A DNA stretch of 36,398 bases. It comes from a virus. Its lineage: Duplodnaviria > Caudoviricetes. The stretch lies in the IMG/VR virus record IMGVR_UViG_3300032303_001542, positions 1 to 36,398 of that record. One strand, written 5' to 3'. The notes below the pieces were generated by a model. That model ran no database searches. It was given only the letters and a program-made list of their open reading frames with translations, and had not been told where the DNA came from. The translations under genes and the position numbers were made by a program. This document shows positions 35,395 through 36,398 of this stretch, piece after piece (position 1 is the first letter of the stretch; each line of letters begins with the position of its first letter).

Positions 35395-36398
35395 ATGAAA
35401 AACTTATCTAAAGAAGAACTATTAAGCCGACTTGAAGGTATTAATAGAAGTAATGCCATTATCTATTTTGACCTAGGAGGTATCATTTTGGGTGTAAACG
35501 ACATTTTTTTGTTGGCGATGGGGTATAAAGTTGATGAATATAATGAACTTATTGGTAAGCACCATAGCATCTTTGTATGTAAAGATTATGCAAAGTCATC
35601 GGAGTATGAAAAGTTTTGGGACATTTTAAGAAGTGGTAAGTATTATTCAGGGGAATTTGAAAGAATAAAAAAAGATGGTACCCTTATCAACTTACAAGCG
35701 ACATACAATCCTATTTTTGATGATAGTGGTAAGATTACTAAAATAATGAAAGTTGCTACTGACATTACGGCAATTGCGAATAGTAAAAAACAATTAGAAG
35801 CGATTAACAGAAGTACGGCAAGTATTACTTTTAATGTTGATGGATTCATTTTAGATGCGAACACTCTGTTTTTACAAGCGATGGGATATAAACCAAACGA
35901 AAAAAATCAAATAGTCGGGAGACATCATAGTATCTTTGTTAGTTATGAGTATTCAAAGTCAGATGAATATAAAATATTTTGGGATACCTTAAGAAGTGGT
36001 AAGTTTTTTGAAGGTGTGGTAGAAAGAAAAAAAGTGGATGGTAGTGTTATTTATTTACAAGCTACGTATAATCCCATTTTAGATAGTAAAGGAAATGTTA
36101 TAAGTGTAATTAAAATTGCTACTGATATAACTGAAACTGTTATCAGTAAAAATAAAATAGAAACACTAACAAAAGATTTGAAATTAGAGTTAGATAATTC
36201 AAAGAAACTTAAAGATTCTATAGAAATAGAAAAGAATGCTGCTTTGAATGACTTGGATGTGGTGATGAAAAAGAGTCAAAGTGAGTTAATAAAAATAATA
36301 GTTAAATGTGCATTATCGGTAATAATAGGTGTGGGTCTTGTAACAACTTCTCTTTATTGGATGGCAATTGTGATGGGAAAGGAAACGCAAATTATTGG
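35395..36398 (+). CDS. Tandem PAS-PAC sensor with coiled coil and transmembrane helix (3'-partial, not in ORF track)
   Basis: Manual translation shows two repeats INRS.A.I.F...G.IL..N..FL.AMGY...G(K/R)HHSIFV...EY..FWD.LRSG....G..ER...DG....LQATYNPI.D..G......K.ATDIT, then a coiled coil and hydrophobic IIVKCALSVIIGVGLVTTSLYWMAIVMG. Confidence 0.85.
   Translation, partial: MKNLSKEELLSRLEGINRSNAIIYFDLGGIILGVNDIFLLAMGYKVDEYNELIGKHHSIFVCKDYAKSSEYEKFWDILRSGKYYSGEFERIKKDGTLINLQATYNPIFDDSGKITKIMKVATDITAIANSKKQLEAINRSTASITFNVDGFILDANTLFLQAMGYKPNEKNQIVGRHHSIFVSYEYSKSDEYKIFWDTLRSGKFFEGVVERKKVDGSVIYLQATYNPILDSKGNVISVIKIATDITETVISKNKIETLTKDLKLELDNSKKLKDSIEIEKNAALNDLDVVMKKSQSELIKIIVKCALSVIIGVGLVTTSLYWMAIVMGKETQII

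Noticed and set aside
2711-35864. Short alternative-frame or antisense ORFs in the track (e.g. 2711-2932, 8345-8539, 12320-12583, 13826-14128, 16389-16646, 20189-20575, 25346-25750, 31849-32118, 35643-35864)
   Set aside because: They lie within or mostly overlap well-supported genes and show no motifs; they are likely shadow ORFs.
1-36398. Stop-codon reassignment, as in some large phages
   Set aside because: Genes up to 7 kb are intact under code 11, and TAA, TGA and TAG all end genes at sensible positions.
1-36398. tRNA genes, CRISPR arrays, DGR or reverse transcriptase
   Set aside because: Intergenic gaps are short, and no cloverleaf, repeat-spacer array, RT motif or TR/VR pair was recognised by eye; a tRNAscan/CRISPR scan would be needed to fully exclude them.

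Overview
AT-rich (~30% GC by eye) segment of a large T4-like/jumbo myophage genome using the standard genetic code. The host is probably Bacteroidota (no Shine-Dalgarno motifs; TTTG-N20-TAnn(T/A)TT(A/G) promoters), which is inference. It carries replication genes (family B DNA polymerase, SNF2/SMARCAL1-like helicase, gp32-like SSB, RecA/UvsX-like recombinase), neck/tail-completion genes, and a contractile tail module (sheath, tube, tail assembly chaperone, tape measure, two giant baseplate proteins, LysM/gp53-like protein). Accessory genes include a 2OG-Fe(II) oxygenase, an RHH+HNH cassette and a HAD hydrolase. The most notable items, several absent from the ORF track, are: (1) a translationally coupled GT2 / 30-aa membrane peptide / PlcP-like phosphoesterase cassette between ssb and recA, resembling a phosphate-scavenging lipid-remodelling module; (2) a probable +1 (or -2) frameshift at UUU_UUU_CGC in the tail chaperone; (3) a tandem PAS-PAS/coiled-coil/transmembrane sensor running off the 3' end; (4) a TATTTAT(A) motif upstream of 13 gene starts; (5) a structured leader before the polymerase. 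All family assignments come from motif recognition, not database searches.
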